A DNA stretch of 64,000 bases, taken from assembly GCA_027317185.1 (NCBI GenBank), contig DAHVFB010000006.1:593-64592 (forward strand), given 5' to 3'. The notes under the pieces are model-generated. The model was not told where the DNA came from and ran no database searches. It saw only the letters and a list, made by a program, of their open reading frames with translations. This DNA comes from Deltaproteobacteria bacterium. GTDB lineage: Bacteria > Desulfobacterota > Binatia > Binatales > Binataceae. This document shows positions 18,357-28,985 of the stretch, piece after piece; within the stretch, counting starts at the first letter, position 1, and each line of letters begins with the position of its first letter. A program made the translations under genes and the position numbers.

Positions 18357-19353
18357 TGTGGCGGGCCATACCGATTTCACGAAAGAACGCGATCGCGCGG
18401 GCCAGCGCGTCATCGACCAACCCGGGTTCATAGCCGAGCGCGGCGCGCGCTTTCGACGAATCGAAGAACATCCGCTTGCGCGCCATCCGAACCTCGGTGA
18501 GGCTGGCGCGCGGCGGCCGATGCGTCAGCGTGCGAGCGACCATCTCGGCACCGAGCGCGAAACCCCATGCGACCGCATAAGGAAGCCTGATTCGCGGCGC
18601 AGACAGGCTCGACAGCGTCCCGAGCTGCTGCAGCATCTGCGCCAGCGTCAAATTTTCGCCCCCAAGAATATATTTCTCGCCAATTGTGCCCCGCTCAGCC
18701 GCCAGCAGATGGCCTCGCGCGCAATCCCGAACGTCAACCAGGTTCAGCCCGGTATCGACATAGGCAGGTATCCGGCGATTGAGAAAATCGACAATGATTC
18801 TGCCGGTCGGAGTCGGCTTGTAATCCAGCGCACCGACGGGCGTCGAAGGATTGACGATTATCACCGGCACACCTTCGCGCGCGGCCTTGATCGCTTGCTG
18901 CTCAGCCATGAACTTCGATCGCTTGTAAGGTCCGATCATGTCCGTCAGCGCGACCGGAGAATCCTCGCGCCCAACGCCGCCCGACGGGATGCCCAGCGTG
19001 CCGACGGTACTGGTATGCACGATACGTTTGACACCGGCGCGATGCGCCGCCGCGAGAAGATTTAAGGTGCCATCGACGTTGGCCGCATACATCGGAGCGG
19101 GATCGGTAACCCAAAGCCGGTAATCCGCCGCGACGTGGTAGACCTCGTGACCGCCGCGTACGGCGCGATCGAGGGCTTCCCGATCGCGCAGGTCACCGCG
19201 CACCAGCGTGCATTCGACCCCCGCGAGCGCTCGCAGATCGGCCTTGTCGCGCACCATCGCCCGCACCGTAACCCCTTCACTGACAAGTGCCCGCACCACG
19301 TGCGATCCAAGAAAACCGTTGGCGCCGGTCACTAGTGCAATCCGATCGGGCAT
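18349..19353 (-). CDS. hpnA: hopanoid-associated NAD-dependent sugar epimerase/dehydratase HpnA
   Basis: MPDRIALVTGANGFLGSHVVRAL (Rossmann GxxGxxG) and an SDR-extended body. It lies immediately after hpnE. The start was moved to ATG 19353, 7 nt after the hpnE stop. Confidence 0.8.
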   Translation of the reverse strand: MPDRIALVTGANGFLGSHVVRALVSEGVTVRAMVRDKADLRALAGVECTLVRGDLRDREALDRAVRGGHEVYHVAADYRLWVTDPAPMYAANVDGTLNLLAAAHRAGVKRIVHTSTVGTLGIPSGGVGREDSPVALTDMIGPYKRSKFMAEQQAIKAAREGVPVIIVNPSTPVGALDYKPTPTGRIIVDFLNRRIPAYVDTGLNLVDVRDCARGHLLAAERGTIGEKYILGGENLTLAQMLQQLGTLSSLSAPRIRLPYAVAWGFALGAEMVARTLTHRPPRASLTEVRMARKRMFFDSSKARAALGYEPGLVDDALARAIAFFREIGMARHNG

Positions 19354-19360
19354 AGCTGCC

Positions 19361-20734
19361 TCACGCCGCCCGCGAAACTCCAGCCCGCGCGGCGACCGCC
19401 GAGGCCGCCGCATAGCCGGAAAGCACCGCGCTCTCGATCGTCGCCGGCAAGCCGGTCTGAATCCAATCGCCAGCCAGAAAAAGGTTGTGTATCGGAGTTG
19501 CGGTCGGCGGACGGAGCCGATGCGATTCAAGGTCGGGAGCCATCGTCGCCTGCTTCTCCTTGATCACCAGCGCCTTGACGATTTTCGCATTCGCCGCCGT
19601 CGGCATCATCGCGCGAAGATCTTTCATCGCGATCGCCAGCAATTCGTCATTCGGTAGATCGACCAGCGCGCGGGCACCGCTGATCACGAAACTCAGATAG
19701 CCGCCATGATGAGCGCCGTGCTGTACGAAGATGCGCCGCTTGTTGAATAGCCATTGCGTGGCGGTGCCGATGAAACCGGCAAAGGCCGCATCGGTCACCT
19801 CGCGGTCGAGCCACACATGGATGCAGATAATCGGCGAAACGCCGAGTCCCGCCAGCCGCGCGAAATAAGTCTCGCGCGACAACGCTTCAGGGAGCATGCG
19901 AAGCAGATGCGGCGCGGGTACGGCGACAATGTAGGCGTCGGCTTCAACTGCACTGCGATCGCGCATCCGCAGCCGCGCTACGGCCGCGCCGGTATCAAGT
20001 TCCAGCGTTTGAACCATCTGATGACAGCGCACCGAGCCGCCGCGTTTTTCAATGAATTCGACCGCCGCGCTGCAATAAAGATCGCTTAAACCCACTCGTG
20101 AGTAGACGAACGCAGAATCCCGGCGGCGGCCGAAAAAAGCCCGTTTGATCACTTCTGCCAGCAGTCCGGCGGAAGCAATCCCGGGATCGTCATTCAGCGT
20201 CGCCAGCGCAATCGGATACCAGAAGCATTGGCGTTCACGCTCGCCCTGCCCGAGCCGCTCCATCAGGTTGGCAACCGTCGTGACCTCGAGCATTCGCGGG
20301 TCGCGTCCGCGCATCCGCATCATACGCATGGCGCCCGCCACCACGCGCCAGCGTTCGCGCGGCGTGAGCAGTCTGTAACGCAGCAGCGCGGCGCTCATAT
20401 GGAACGGTCCGGGGATTGCGGCGGTGCGCAAAAAACCGCTTCTGCCACCGCGCTCGAGCATCTGAATCTCCAGATTGGGATGGACCCACAGCTTGTCTCG
20501 CGATCCGATGCGTCCCAGAAAATCGATCGTCTGCGTGTAGCAGCCCATCAGGACGTGCTGGCCATTGTCGATGAAGTCGCCGGTGTCCGTATCCTGAAAG
20601 GAATAGGCGCGGCCGCCGAGCGCGGGCTTGCGTTCCAGCACGGTGACGCGAAAGCCGCGATCGGCCAGCGCCACGCCAGCCGACAGTCCGGCGAAGCCGC
20701 CGCCGACGATCACCACCTCGCGCTTTTCGGACAT
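19361..20734 (-). CDS. hpnE: FAD-dependent hydroxysqualene dehydroxylase HpnE
   Basis: VVIVGGGFAGLSAGVALADRGFRVTVLERKPALGGRA is a dinucleotide-binding motif, followed by an amine-oxidase-like body. Gene order hpnC-hpnD-hpnE. Confidence 0.85.
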   Translation of the reverse strand: MSEKREVVIVGGGFAGLSAGVALADRGFRVTVLERKPALGGRAYSFQDTDTGDFIDNGQHVLMGCYTQTIDFLGRIGSRDKLWVHPNLEIQMLERGGRSGFLRTAAIPGPFHMSAALLRYRLLTPRERWRVVAGAMRMMRMRGRDPRMLEVTTVANLMERLGQGERERQCFWYPIALATLNDDPGIASAGLLAEVIKRAFFGRRRDSAFVYSRVGLSDLYCSAAVEFIEKRGGSVRCHQMVQTLELDTGAAVARLRMRDRSAVEADAYIVAVPAPHLLRMLPEALSRETYFARLAGLGVSPIICIHVWLDREVTDAAFAGFIGTATQWLFNKRRIFVQHGAHHGGYLSFVISGARALVDLPNDELLAIAMKDLRAMMPTAANAKIVKALVIKEKQATMAPDLESHRLRPPTATPIHNLFLAGDWIQTGLPATIESAVLSGYAAASAVAARAGVSRAA

Positions 20735-20740
20735 AACGGA

Positions 20741-21658
20741 TCAGATCGGAGCAAAGCCCAGATGGCTGCCGGCCCAAACGCGTCCAACCAGAAACAATTT
20801 GCGTGGAGCAGGCACGCGGTAGCGATGATTGAAGACGCGATAGTCGGCTTTGATTATTCGATTGAGCAAATCGCGATAAATCATCCGCATCGCCTCGGCG
20901 CTGAGCAATGACATGCGGTCTTCGCCGGGCAGGCTGTCCACCGCCGCCGAGTAAAAGGTTTGCGCACGGATCGCTTCGTAATCCATCAGCGCGCGAAATT
21001 CCGGCGAGTACCGGCCTTCGAGAATCTGCTGCTCGGTAACCCCGAACTTCCTTAAATCCTCGAGCGGGATATAAATCCGATCGCGGGCGGCGTCTTCACT
21101 GATATCGCGCAGGATATTGGTCAACTGGAAGGCGATGCCGAGATTCTCGGCATACACTGCACTGCGCGGATTGCGATAGCCGAAAAGCTCGATGCAAATC
21201 AGTCCGACCGCGGAAGCGACGCGATAACAATAAAGCCGCAAGTCGTCAAAGGTTTCATAGCGCTTGTGCGCCAGATCCATTTCGACCCCGGCGATAACTT
21301 CATCGAAGTAACGGCGATGGAGGTTGAAGCGGCGCACGCTATCGGCCAGCGCGCGCGCGATCGCGTGGGCTGGCGTTCCCGCGTAAACCGCATCGAGCTC
21401 GCGGCGCCAGCGATCCAGCATCGCGGCCGGTTCGCGGCTGCCCTCATCGTCGGCAATATTGTCGACGAAGCGGCAGAAGGCATACACGGCGTTGAGCGCG
21501 CGGCGCCGATCGGCCGGCAACAACATGAACGCGTAGTAGAAATTCGAGGAGGATCTCCGCGTGATCGCGGCGCAGCGCTCATAATCGCGCGCCAACTGAT
21601 TGTCGCCCCGCTCAGACTTCAAGGGTTCCTCGCCACGCCCGCCAGCCAAGTTTGACAT
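20741..21658 (-). CDS. hpnD: presqualene diphosphate synthase HpnD (squalene/phytoene synthase family)
   Basis: SSNFYYAFMLLPADRRRALNAVYAFCRFVDNIADD (first Asp-rich box) plus a second box region. ATG 21658 overlaps hpnC by 47 nt. A TTG at 21622 (11 nt overlap) is an alternative start. Confidence 0.85.
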   Translation of the reverse strand: MSNLAGGRGEEPLKSERGDNQLARDYERCAAITRRSSSNFYYAFMLLPADRRRALNAVYAFCRFVDNIADDEGSREPAAMLDRWRRELDAVYAGTPAHAIARALADSVRRFNLHRRYFDEVIAGVEMDLAHKRYETFDDLRLYCYRVASAVGLICIELFGYRNPRSAVYAENLGIAFQLTNILRDISEDAARDRIYIPLEDLRKFGVTEQQILEGRYSPEFRALMDYEAIRAQTFYSAAVDSLPGEDRMSLLSAEAMRMIYRDLLNRIIKADYRVFNHRYRVPAPRKLFLVGRVWAGSHLGFAPI

Positions 21659-22517
21659 AATCCCATTTTGATAGGCGGGGCCGGCGATGGAAGACGTCGT
21701 AATCCACCGCTTCGATCGCGCGCAGGATCGCAAGTCCGCCGCCCGCAAACATCAGCACGTCGCGCCCCAGCCGCCGATCGACCAGGCGGTGCAGCGCCGC
21801 ACCTTCGCATAGCAGCCGGCGCGCATGGGCGATCTCGTGGCGCATCAGTTCGATAAATTCCCCAGTTACCTGTTGGCGGCCGATAGCCTCTGCCCCCAAC
21901 TTGAAGCGGCGCATGTCGGCCCGCGGAAAATAGATCCGGCCTTTGTCGAAATCGATCGCCACGTCCTGCCAGAAATTCGCCAACTGAAGGCCGCTGCATA
22001 CCATGTCGGACAGCCTGCCGCGTTGCTCATCGCGATAGCCGAACAGGCACAGCACCAGCCGCCCGACCGGAACGGCCGAATCGCGCGCGTAGCCCATCAG
22101 GTCTTCGATCGTTTCGAAGCCTGCGAAGTTGACATCGGAACGAAACGCACGCAACAGATTCCGGAACGGCTCGTCAGGGATTTCATAGCGTTGGATGGTA
22201 TCCGCCAGAGCGATGAACACCGGATGCTGCGGACGGCCGGCGTATGCCAAATCGAGTTCGTGTTCCCACTCGTCGAGCTTCGCGAGGCTCTTCTCCTCAT
22301 CGGCGAAATCGTCAGCGTAACGCGCATAGGCATAGATTGCGTGCATATGCGGCCGCATCTGCCGAGGCATCAACCATGACGCGATAGTAAAGTTCTCGTA
22401 GTGACGATTCGCCAGGGCCGCGCAAAACGCATAGGCCTGATCGAGCGCCATCGGCGCGCCTGCTGCTCGCGCTTGCGAAAGCTCGAGCGAATCGGCTCCT
22501 GCCGCGGGAGCGTTCAT
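21612..22517 (-). CDS. hpnC: hydroxysqualene synthase HpnC (squalene/phytoene synthase family)
   Basis: YENFTIASWLMPRQMRPHMHAIYAYARYADDFADE. ATG 22517 forms an ATGA overlap with the dxr stop. Confidence 0.85.
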   Translation of the reverse strand: MNAPAAGADSLELSQARAAGAPMALDQAYAFCAALANRHYENFTIASWLMPRQMRPHMHAIYAYARYADDFADEEKSLAKLDEWEHELDLAYAGRPQHPVFIALADTIQRYEIPDEPFRNLLRAFRSDVNFAGFETIEDLMGYARDSAVPVGRLVLCLFGYRDEQRGRLSDMVCSGLQLANFWQDVAIDFDKGRIYFPRADMRRFKLGAEAIGRQQVTGEFIELMRHEIAHARRLLCEGAALHRLVDRRLGRDVLMFAGGGLAILRAIEAVDYDVFHRRPRLSKWDYVKLGWRAWRGTLEV

Positions 22518-23695
22518 ATCGATATTTCTGAAGTGGCCGGCCCGAGCCCGATCATTTCTCGCGCTGTGGCGCGCGCCCATCCATCAGTTTCAAGCAGATC
22601 TTCGAGGCTGGCGACCGGATGATTGTGGAAGCGATTCATCACCGCCTCGATTGATCGCGGAATGTCGATAAATTTTGCGTGACCGCTCAGGAAAGCGGCT
22701 ACCAGTTCTTCATTGGCCGCGTTAAGACAGGCGGACATCATCCCGCCCGCCTTCAGCGCCTCATAAGCGAGCCGCAAACACGGGAAGCGCTCAAGATCGG
22801 GTTCCTCGAAAGTTAATTTGCCGCGATCCACCAGCGAGAGCGGCTTGAGATGGTCCAGCGGCAAACGATCGGGAAACGCCAGCGCATAAGCGACCGGAAT
22901 CGCCATGTCCGGGATCGCCATTTCGGCGATCACCGAACCGTCGATCAGCTCGACCATCGAATGGATAACGCTCTGCGGATGGATCACCACCGAAATATCG
23001 CGCGCTTCGAGGCCGAACAGCCAGCGCGCCTCGATTACCTCAAGCCCTTTGTTCATCAGGGTGGCCGAATCGATCGTGATCTTGCTGCCCATCTGCCAGG
23101 TCGGATGGCGCAGCGCATCGGCAACCGTAACCGATCCGAGTTGCGCTGTGGGCAATTCGCGGAATGGTCCACCGGAGGCTGTCAATATGATCCGGCGCAG
23201 GGTCTTGCGATCGCGCTTTTCAAGGCACTGGAAAATCGCGTTGTGCTCGCTGTCGACCGGCAGCAGGTGAACGTTATGGTCGCGCGCCGCCCGGGTCACC
23301 AGCTCGCCCGCCACCACCAGCACCTCTTTGTTGGCGAAGGCGATATCTTTACCGGCCGAAATTGCAGCCAGCGTGGGCCGCAACCCCTTGGCTCCGACCA
23401 GCGCCGAAACCACGAGCTGGGCCGCCGGATGGGTCGCGACCGCAATCGCGCCTTCCATCCCATGGACGATCGTCACCCGATCGTTACCCAATCTCGCCGT
23501 CAATTCGGCCGCCAATGCGGCGTCGGCCACCGACACCAGCTCGGGCCGAAAGCGGCGGACCTGCTCGGCCAGCAATTCGACATTACGCCCGGCCGCCATC
23601 GCGATTACCTGAAAACGATCGGCAAACCGGCTCACGACATCGAGCGTGGTAACGCCGACCGATCCGGTCGAGCCGAGAATGGCGATCGGTTTCAT
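22514..23695 (-). CDS. dxr: 1-deoxy-D-xylulose 5-phosphate reductoisomerase
   Basis: MKPIAILGSTGSVGVTTLDVV..., LPVDSEHNAIFQCL, and a full-length Dxr body. Confidence 0.95.
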   Translation of the reverse strand: MKPIAILGSTGSVGVTTLDVVSRFADRFQVIAMAAGRNVELLAEQVRRFRPELVSVADAALAAELTARLGNDRVTIVHGMEGAIAVATHPAAQLVVSALVGAKGLRPTLAAISAGKDIAFANKEVLVVAGELVTRAARDHNVHLLPVDSEHNAIFQCLEKRDRKTLRRIILTASGGPFRELPTAQLGSVTVADALRHPTWQMGSKITIDSATLMNKGLEVIEARWLFGLEARDISVVIHPQSVIHSMVELIDGSVIAEMAIPDMAIPVAYALAFPDRLPLDHLKPLSLVDRGKLTFEEPDLERFPCLRLAYEALKAGGMMSACLNAANEELVAAFLSGHAKFIDIPRSIEAVMNRFHNHPVASLEDLLETDGWARATAREMIGLGPATSEISI

Positions 23696-23734
23696 CTCGC
23701 GTCCGTCAATTTTGTACCGTTGATTTCTGGTCCG

Positions 23735-25714
23735 TTAATTTGCGGCGCCAGGATGCATCCGCCGCCGCAATCGCCCGAGCGCCATCAGCGGAAAATAATG
23801 ACAGTACATGTGATAGCGCAAATAGAAATGGTTCGGAAAGCCGGTACCGGTATATTCGGTTTCATCCCAGGCGCCGGCTTCATTCTGACGCGTCACCAGC
23901 CATTGAGCCGCCGAACGCAGACTGTCGCTGACCACATCCTCGCCTGCGATCAAACCGATCATGCCCCATGCGGTCTGCGAGGCAGTGCTCACTCCACGCC
24001 CAATCCATTCGGGATCCCGGTCGGAAAGGCAACTTTCACCCCATCCGCCATCCGGGTTCTGTTTCGATTTGAGCCAATGGACGGCGCGCTGAATCCATGG
24101 CTGGTTAACATCGACACCAATATCGCGCAGACCCGAAAGGGCGAAGGCCGTCCCATAGATGTAATTGACGCCCCAGCGTCCCCACCACGAGCCATCGTTT
24201 TCCTGCTCGCGGCGCAGCCATTCGATCGTGCGCCTGGCTACCGGATGGTCGGCGCGATAGCCGACCGCCGCCATCATTTCGAGTACGCGCCCGGCAATGT
24301 CCGGGCAGGTCGGATCGGTCGCGGCTTCCGCATCGGCAAACGGCGCATGGTTCAGCCAGGTCTTGTTGTTGTCCACGTCAAACGCGGCAAAGCCGCCATC
24401 GCTTGACTGCATCCCCATCACCCAGTTCGCACCTATGCGGATGGCGCGATCCTTCGCCGCGGGATCCTCACAGCCTGATCCGGCAAGGACCGTCAGGATC
24501 GCCGCCGAGTCATCTACGTCGGGATACCAGTCATTATAAAACTGGAAAGCCCATCCGCCGGGTTCGAGCGTGGGACGTTTGACCGACCAGTCGCCGGGTT
24601 TGAAAATCTGATGATCGATCAACCAGCGCGAGGTCCGCTTCAATATTTCGTCTTCCCGATCCAGGCCGGAATCCAGCAGCGCTTTCGCCGCCAGCGCGGT
24701 ATCCCAGGTGGGCGAAACACAGGGTTGATAGAGCACCCGATCGGGATAATGCCAGGTCAATTCGCGGCTGGCCTCGAGCGCCTTGCTGATCACCGGATGG
24801 TCGTTGGTGTAACCCAGCCCCTTGAGCGCCATCGCGCTCAGCAAATAACAGGGTTGGATGCCGCACCAGGAGCCGTTTTTATCCTGATGATCGAGAATCC
24901 ATCGTTCGACGTAGCGAATCGCGCGATTGCGCAGTGCGGTCAGATGATAACGATCCCAGGTCCGCATCATCGGATTGGCATAGTTCAGGAAATTGCGTAG
25001 CGAGAGCGTTTTCGCGCCCCGGCCCAATTTAAATTTGGTGAAATGAGGCGGCAGGATATAGAGCTCGAGCACGCTATCGCGGTAATCGACGTTCACCACC
25101 GGGCGGGTCGCCTGTAACAGCATCAGCGCCATCAAAGTGCCGCGCGCCCAGGAGGACAGCTCGTAGATATTGAGTGGCGAATGCTTCGGCAGCAAGGCCA
25201 GTTCGATCGGCAACGATGGTGTCGCATCCCACGGCACCTGATCCATCGCAGCCAGATAAAAGCGCGCCAGGGTGCCGGCTTTGGCGATTCCGCCATGGGC
25301 CAGAATCCATCGGCGCGCCTGCAGCATCGGCTCATCGCCCGCGCGCAGGCCAGCCAGCTTCAAAGCGAAATAGGCCTCGATACTGGTCGAGAGATCGCCC
25401 TCGCCGCCGGGAAACAGGCCCCAACTGCCGTCGGGTTGCTGGATCTCGAGGAGATATTTGCGCAGCTTCGGTTCCAGATCGTGATCGGTCACGCCCATAA
25501 AGCGGCTGTAGATGATGAACTCGGCGTTCATCTCGCCATTCGCCTCGAGTGGCGCCTGCCAGTAACCCTCGCTATGTTGCATTGCAAGCAGCGAGCTTTG
25601 CGCCCGTTCAACCGCCGTATTGAGCCGCGCGAAAAAATCCTGATTCGCTGCGAGTTCAACCGGCTGATGACCGTTCAGCGGCACAGCCGCTTGCGTCATA
25701 GAGTCCAAAACCAT
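23735..25714 (-). CDS. shc: squalene-hopene cyclase
   Basis: DxDD catalytic motif (YPDVDDSAAI) and repeated QW motifs (e.g. QNPDGGWGE, QNEAGAWDE). Size 659 aa. Confidence 0.95.
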   Translation of the reverse strand: MVLDSMTQAAVPLNGHQPVELAANQDFFARLNTAVERAQSSLLAMQHSEGYWQAPLEANGEMNAEFIIYSRFMGVTDHDLEPKLRKYLLEIQQPDGSWGLFPGGEGDLSTSIEAYFALKLAGLRAGDEPMLQARRWILAHGGIAKAGTLARFYLAAMDQVPWDATPSLPIELALLPKHSPLNIYELSSWARGTLMALMLLQATRPVVNVDYRDSVLELYILPPHFTKFKLGRGAKTLSLRNFLNYANPMMRTWDRYHLTALRNRAIRYVERWILDHQDKNGSWCGIQPCYLLSAMALKGLGYTNDHPVISKALEASRELTWHYPDRVLYQPCVSPTWDTALAAKALLDSGLDREDEILKRTSRWLIDHQIFKPGDWSVKRPTLEPGGWAFQFYNDWYPDVDDSAAILTVLAGSGCEDPAAKDRAIRIGANWVMGMQSSDGGFAAFDVDNNKTWLNHAPFADAEAATDPTCPDIAGRVLEMMAAVGYRADHPVARRTIEWLRREQENDGSWWGRWGVNYIYGTAFALSGLRDIGVDVNQPWIQRAVHWLKSKQNPDGGWGESCLSDRDPEWIGRGVSTASQTAWGMIGLIAGEDVVSDSLRSAAQWLVTRQNEAGAWDETEYTGTGFPNHFYLRYHMYCHYFPLMALGRLRRRMHPGAAN

Positions 25715-25785
25715 TTCCCCCTAAAGCCCGGCGCGAAATACGCCGCAACAAAATTCCAGGCCAACCATTCCTGCCGCCGCAATGC

Positions 25786-26862
25786 TCACGGAATGATTGC
25801 GCACTTCAACACCTCACCATGGTCAAGCATCGCGAATACCTCACCAAGGTCGGCCAGGCGGCGCCGTCCATTGACGATTCGGCCAGCTCCCAGGCGGCGG
25901 CTGGCCAATAGCTCGAAGGCGCGCTTGACATCACGCGGACGATAGTGGAAGGGAGCGAGCAGATTCAGGTTATCGTAATGCATCCGGCGGGTATCGACAT
26001 TCAGCACTGTATTCGCCGGGCATCCGCCAAACAGCACTACTCGGCCGCCGCGCCGCACGCGCGCGAGCGCATCGTGCCAGCCGTCGAGTTGCCCGGTCGC
26101 TTCAATCACCAGATCGGGACCGATTCCCCCGTTGAGCCTTGCCACTTCGGCGGCGGCTTCATCGCGGGCGGCGTCGATTACGCGATCTGCGCCCAGCTCG
26201 CCGGCCCACGCCAGCCGTTGGGCGCCGCGCCCCACCACCGTCACTTCATGGATGCCGGCGGCCTTTAGCACCAGCAGATGCAGTAGTCCGAAAGGACCCG
26301 CGCCGACAATCAATACACTTTCGCACGGCTCCGGCTTCGCCATCTCATGCGCATGAACCACACAGGCGAGTGGTTCAAGCAGTGCTGCTTCCTCGAACGG
26401 CAGCCCGGCCGGTTTGCGGAATGCGTTGCGGGCGACGATGTAGGCTGGCAGCAGGATAAAGTCGGCATACGCGCCCATCAGCATTCTTCCGACCGCGTCG
26501 GCGCAAAGATTCTCCTGCCCGCGATCGCAAAAGAAACAGCGTCCGCACGGTGCGGTCGGCGCCGCCATCAGGCCATCGCCTACCTGGAAACGCTCAATAC
26601 CCTCGCCCACCGCCGCCACCGTCCCGGAGAACTCATGACCAAACGGAGTCGGCAGCCGGAACATCGGATGGCCCCGACGCCAGGTTTTGAGGTCAGTGCC
26701 GCAACTCAAGGCGCAGCGCACTTCGAGCAGCACTTCGCCCGGACCAGGCGCGGGCGGGGTGAACGGCTGAATCTCCAGTACACCGGGAGCTTTGAGCACC
26801 GCGCGCCGCGCCGGAGCGAGCGCGCCGTTGCCATTAGCTTTGATCATCCGCGCGCTATTCAC
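25786..26862 (-). CDS. zinc-dependent medium-chain alcohol dehydrogenase family protein
   Basis: GHEFSGTV catalytic-Zn motif, structural-Zn cysteines (CGRCFFCDRGQENLC) and Rossmann motif VGAGPFGLL. Confidence 0.85.
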   Translation of the reverse strand: MNSARMIKANGNGALAPARRAVLKAPGVLEIQPFTPPAPGPGEVLLEVRCALSCGTDLKTWRRGHPMFRLPTPFGHEFSGTVAAVGEGIERFQVGDGLMAAPTAPCGRCFFCDRGQENLCADAVGRMLMGAYADFILLPAYIVARNAFRKPAGLPFEEAALLEPLACVVHAHEMAKPEPCESVLIVGAGPFGLLHLLVLKAAGIHEVTVVGRGAQRLAWAGELGADRVIDAARDEAAAEVARLNGGIGPDLVIEATGQLDGWHDALARVRRGGRVVLFGGCPANTVLNVDTRRMHYDNLNLLAPFHYRPRDVKRAFELLASRRLGAGRIVNGRRRLADLGEVFAMLDHGEVLKCAIIP

Positions 26863-27872
26863 GAGTTGCGCTCCACCGCAAAGTTCGCCAGCCTGCGCAG
26901 CGGCTCGGCATGATAGTCGAACTCCGACAGCGCTTCGCCGGCCTTGAGCCGCAGAGCCTCCGCAAATTCCCTCGAGGCCTCGACGCCGAGCAACGACGGA
27001 TAGGTTACCTTGCCGCGCTGATGGTCTTTCTGTGTGCGTTTGCCCATCTGCTCGGTCGAACCTTCCACATCGAGCAAATCGTCGATCACCTGAAAAGCCA
27101 GCCCAATCGCGCGTGCGTACGCGCCAAGCGCCGCCAGTTGGGCAGCATTGCCACCGCCCAGCCTGCCGCCGCCCATTACCGCAGCCACGAACAGGGCGCC
27201 AGTTTTCCGGCTATGCAGGTATTCCAAATCTTCGATCGAGACCGAGCGGCCCTCGTCCATCAGATCGATCGTCTGGCCACCGACCATGCCGGCCGATCCG
27301 GCCGCCGACGACAATTCAGCGATGGTCTCGACCAGCGCGATACGTGAAACTCCGGCGGGGGTGTTACGAGCCACGATTCCGAACGCGTCGGTCAATAGAG
27401 CGTCGCCGGCCAGGGTCGCGATCGCCTCGCCATAAACCTTGTGATTGGTCGGTTTGCCGCGGCGCAGGTCGTCGTTATCCATGCACGGCAAATCGTCATG
27501 AATCATCGAATAGGTGTGAATCATCTCGATTGCGCACGCGAGACCCATCGCGTTCTCGATTCGGCCGCCGACCGCCTCACACGCGCCCAGCGCCAATATC
27601 GGACGCAACCGTTTGCCGCCCGACAGCAGGCTGTAGCGCATCGCTTCGCTGAGCCGTTCGCCAGGCCCGCCCGTCTGAATTGCGCATGGTTCGAGCGCCT
27701 GTTCGATCAGCCGTACGCGGCTTTTCAAATAAGCATCGAATTCGAACGATGAAGCTGGTTGCAAGTCCGAAGGATCAAGTTCGTTCGAAGAATTTTCGAG
27801 CCTAAAAGTCCCGGCTCGCGCCGATTTCAAATTTTGCATCGGTTGACGCTTCGCCGAAATGGAGTCTTCCAT
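26859..27872 (-). CDS. polyprenyl (farnesyl/geranylgeranyl) diphosphate synthase
   Basis: First Asp-rich motif MIHDDLPCMDNDDLRRGKPTNH, second FQVIDDLLD. There is a 4 nt overlap with the downstream ADH. The N-terminus is about 40 aa longer than usual, so the start is uncertain. Confidence 0.9.
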   Translation of the reverse strand: MEDSISAKRQPMQNLKSARAGTFRLENSSNELDPSDLQPASSFEFDAYLKSRVRLIEQALEPCAIQTGGPGERLSEAMRYSLLSGGKRLRPILALGACEAVGGRIENAMGLACAIEMIHTYSMIHDDLPCMDNDDLRRGKPTNHKVYGEAIATLAGDALLTDAFGIVARNTPAGVSRIALVETIAELSSAAGSAGMVGGQTIDLMDEGRSVSIEDLEYLHSRKTGALFVAAVMGGGRLGGGNAAQLAALGAYARAIGLAFQVIDDLLDVEGSTEQMGKRTQKDHQRGKVTYPSLLGVEASREFAEALRLKAGEALSEFDYHAEPLRRLANFAVERNS

Positions 27873-27949
27873 CCGGCACAGCGGTCTCCTTTCCCACTGC
27901 CACCCCGCCTCTTAGCCGGTGTGCCCGGGCGACGACGCCCGCCCCATAC

Positions 27950-28954
27950 TCAGGATACGTAATGGCGAACCATACGCCATGAATCCTTCAGATTTTTGCC
28001 GAAATCGAGCGCCACCGTACCCTCGAAGCCTGAATGCAGCTTACAATCGCGGCATCGAATGTCCTGCTTGGTGCGGTAGTACTCCCAATCGGTTGCTTCG
28101 TGCAGTTCCTGAAAGGTTTTGTAATGACCGTTGGTAATCAGATAGCAGGGTCCCTTCCATCCGCGCGGATTACGCGTGACAGTGGTCCATGGACTGCACA
28201 ACAGGTCGCGGTCGCCGGCCAGATAGTCCAGGTAAATCGGCGTATTGATTATTTTGTAATCGTCAGCCAACTTGCGGACCTTTCTGAACTTAAACGGCAT
28301 CTCTTCCTTTTTCATGTAGAGATCGTCGTTGTTGAGCACCTGGTAATGATAACCGGGCGTCAACAGCATTCCATCGACCCCGAGGCCGTTCAAAAAGGCG
28401 ATCAACTCTTCCAGTTCTTCCCCGCTGGTTTCGCGGAAGACCGTGGTGTTGGTCTGCACCCGATAGCCCTTTTCCTTGAGCATCTTGATCATTTTGACTG
28501 CGATATCGAAATGACCCTGGCGATCGGTGACGCGATCGTTGGTCTCGCGCATCCCATCGATATGGATGTTGAAACTCAGATGCTTGTCGGGCCCGACCTG
28601 CTTGACGAAGCGATCCAGCAGGATTGCGTTGGTGCAAATCTGAACGTGACGATGCTGCTCGTCGATTAGGCGCCGGGTCAGCGGCACGATATGCTTGTAC
28701 ATCAGCGGTTCGCCGCCGCAGATCGAGACGATTGGCGCGCCGGCTTCATTGGCGGCGGTCACCGCATCCTCCAGCGGCATCATGTCGCGGATGGTGTCCT
28801 TATATTCAACGATTCGCCCGCATCCGACGCAGGCCAGGTTGCAAGCGTGCAGCGGTTCGAGCATCAGCACCAGCGGAAAATATTTTTCACCCTTACGTTT
28901 CATCCGGCCCATGTAACGGCCGAGATCAATCATCAATTTGAGCGGCATTCGCAT
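27950..28954 (-). CDS. hpnH: adenosylhopane synthase, radical SAM protein HpnH
   Basis: CxxxCxxC cluster (HACNLACVGCGRI). Size and C-terminal extension are typical of HpnH. It lies in an hpn locus. Confidence 0.88.
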   Translation of the reverse strand: MRMPLKLMIDLGRYMGRMKRKGEKYFPLVLMLEPLHACNLACVGCGRIVEYKDTIRDMMPLEDAVTAANEAGAPIVSICGGEPLMYKHIVPLTRRLIDEQHRHVQICTNAILLDRFVKQVGPDKHLSFNIHIDGMRETNDRVTDRQGHFDIAVKMIKMLKEKGYRVQTNTTVFRETSGEELEELIAFLNGLGVDGMLLTPGYHYQVLNNDDLYMKKEEMPFKFRKVRKLADDYKIINTPIYLDYLAGDRDLLCSPWTTVTRNPRGWKGPCYLITNGHYKTFQELHEATDWEYYRTKQDIRCRDCKLHSGFEGTVALDFGKNLKDSWRMVRHYVS

Positions 28955-28985
28955 CGATCAGTTCTCTCCCTCGGCCAATAAGCGT

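Noticed and set aside
22850-24406. 518-aa plus-strand ORF
   Set aside because: It is entirely antisense to dxr and shc, which have unmistakable motifs. Its sequence is Arg/Gly/Pro/Ala-rich with no recognisable domain. This is a typical shadow ORF of high-GC DNA.
28970-28982. CTCGGCCAATAAG just upstream of hpnH, resembling the CTCGGTCAATAGG repeat near tetR
   Set aside because: It has two mismatches and overlaps the hpnH ribosome-binding region (GGGAGAG on the coding strand). That is too weak to call an operator.
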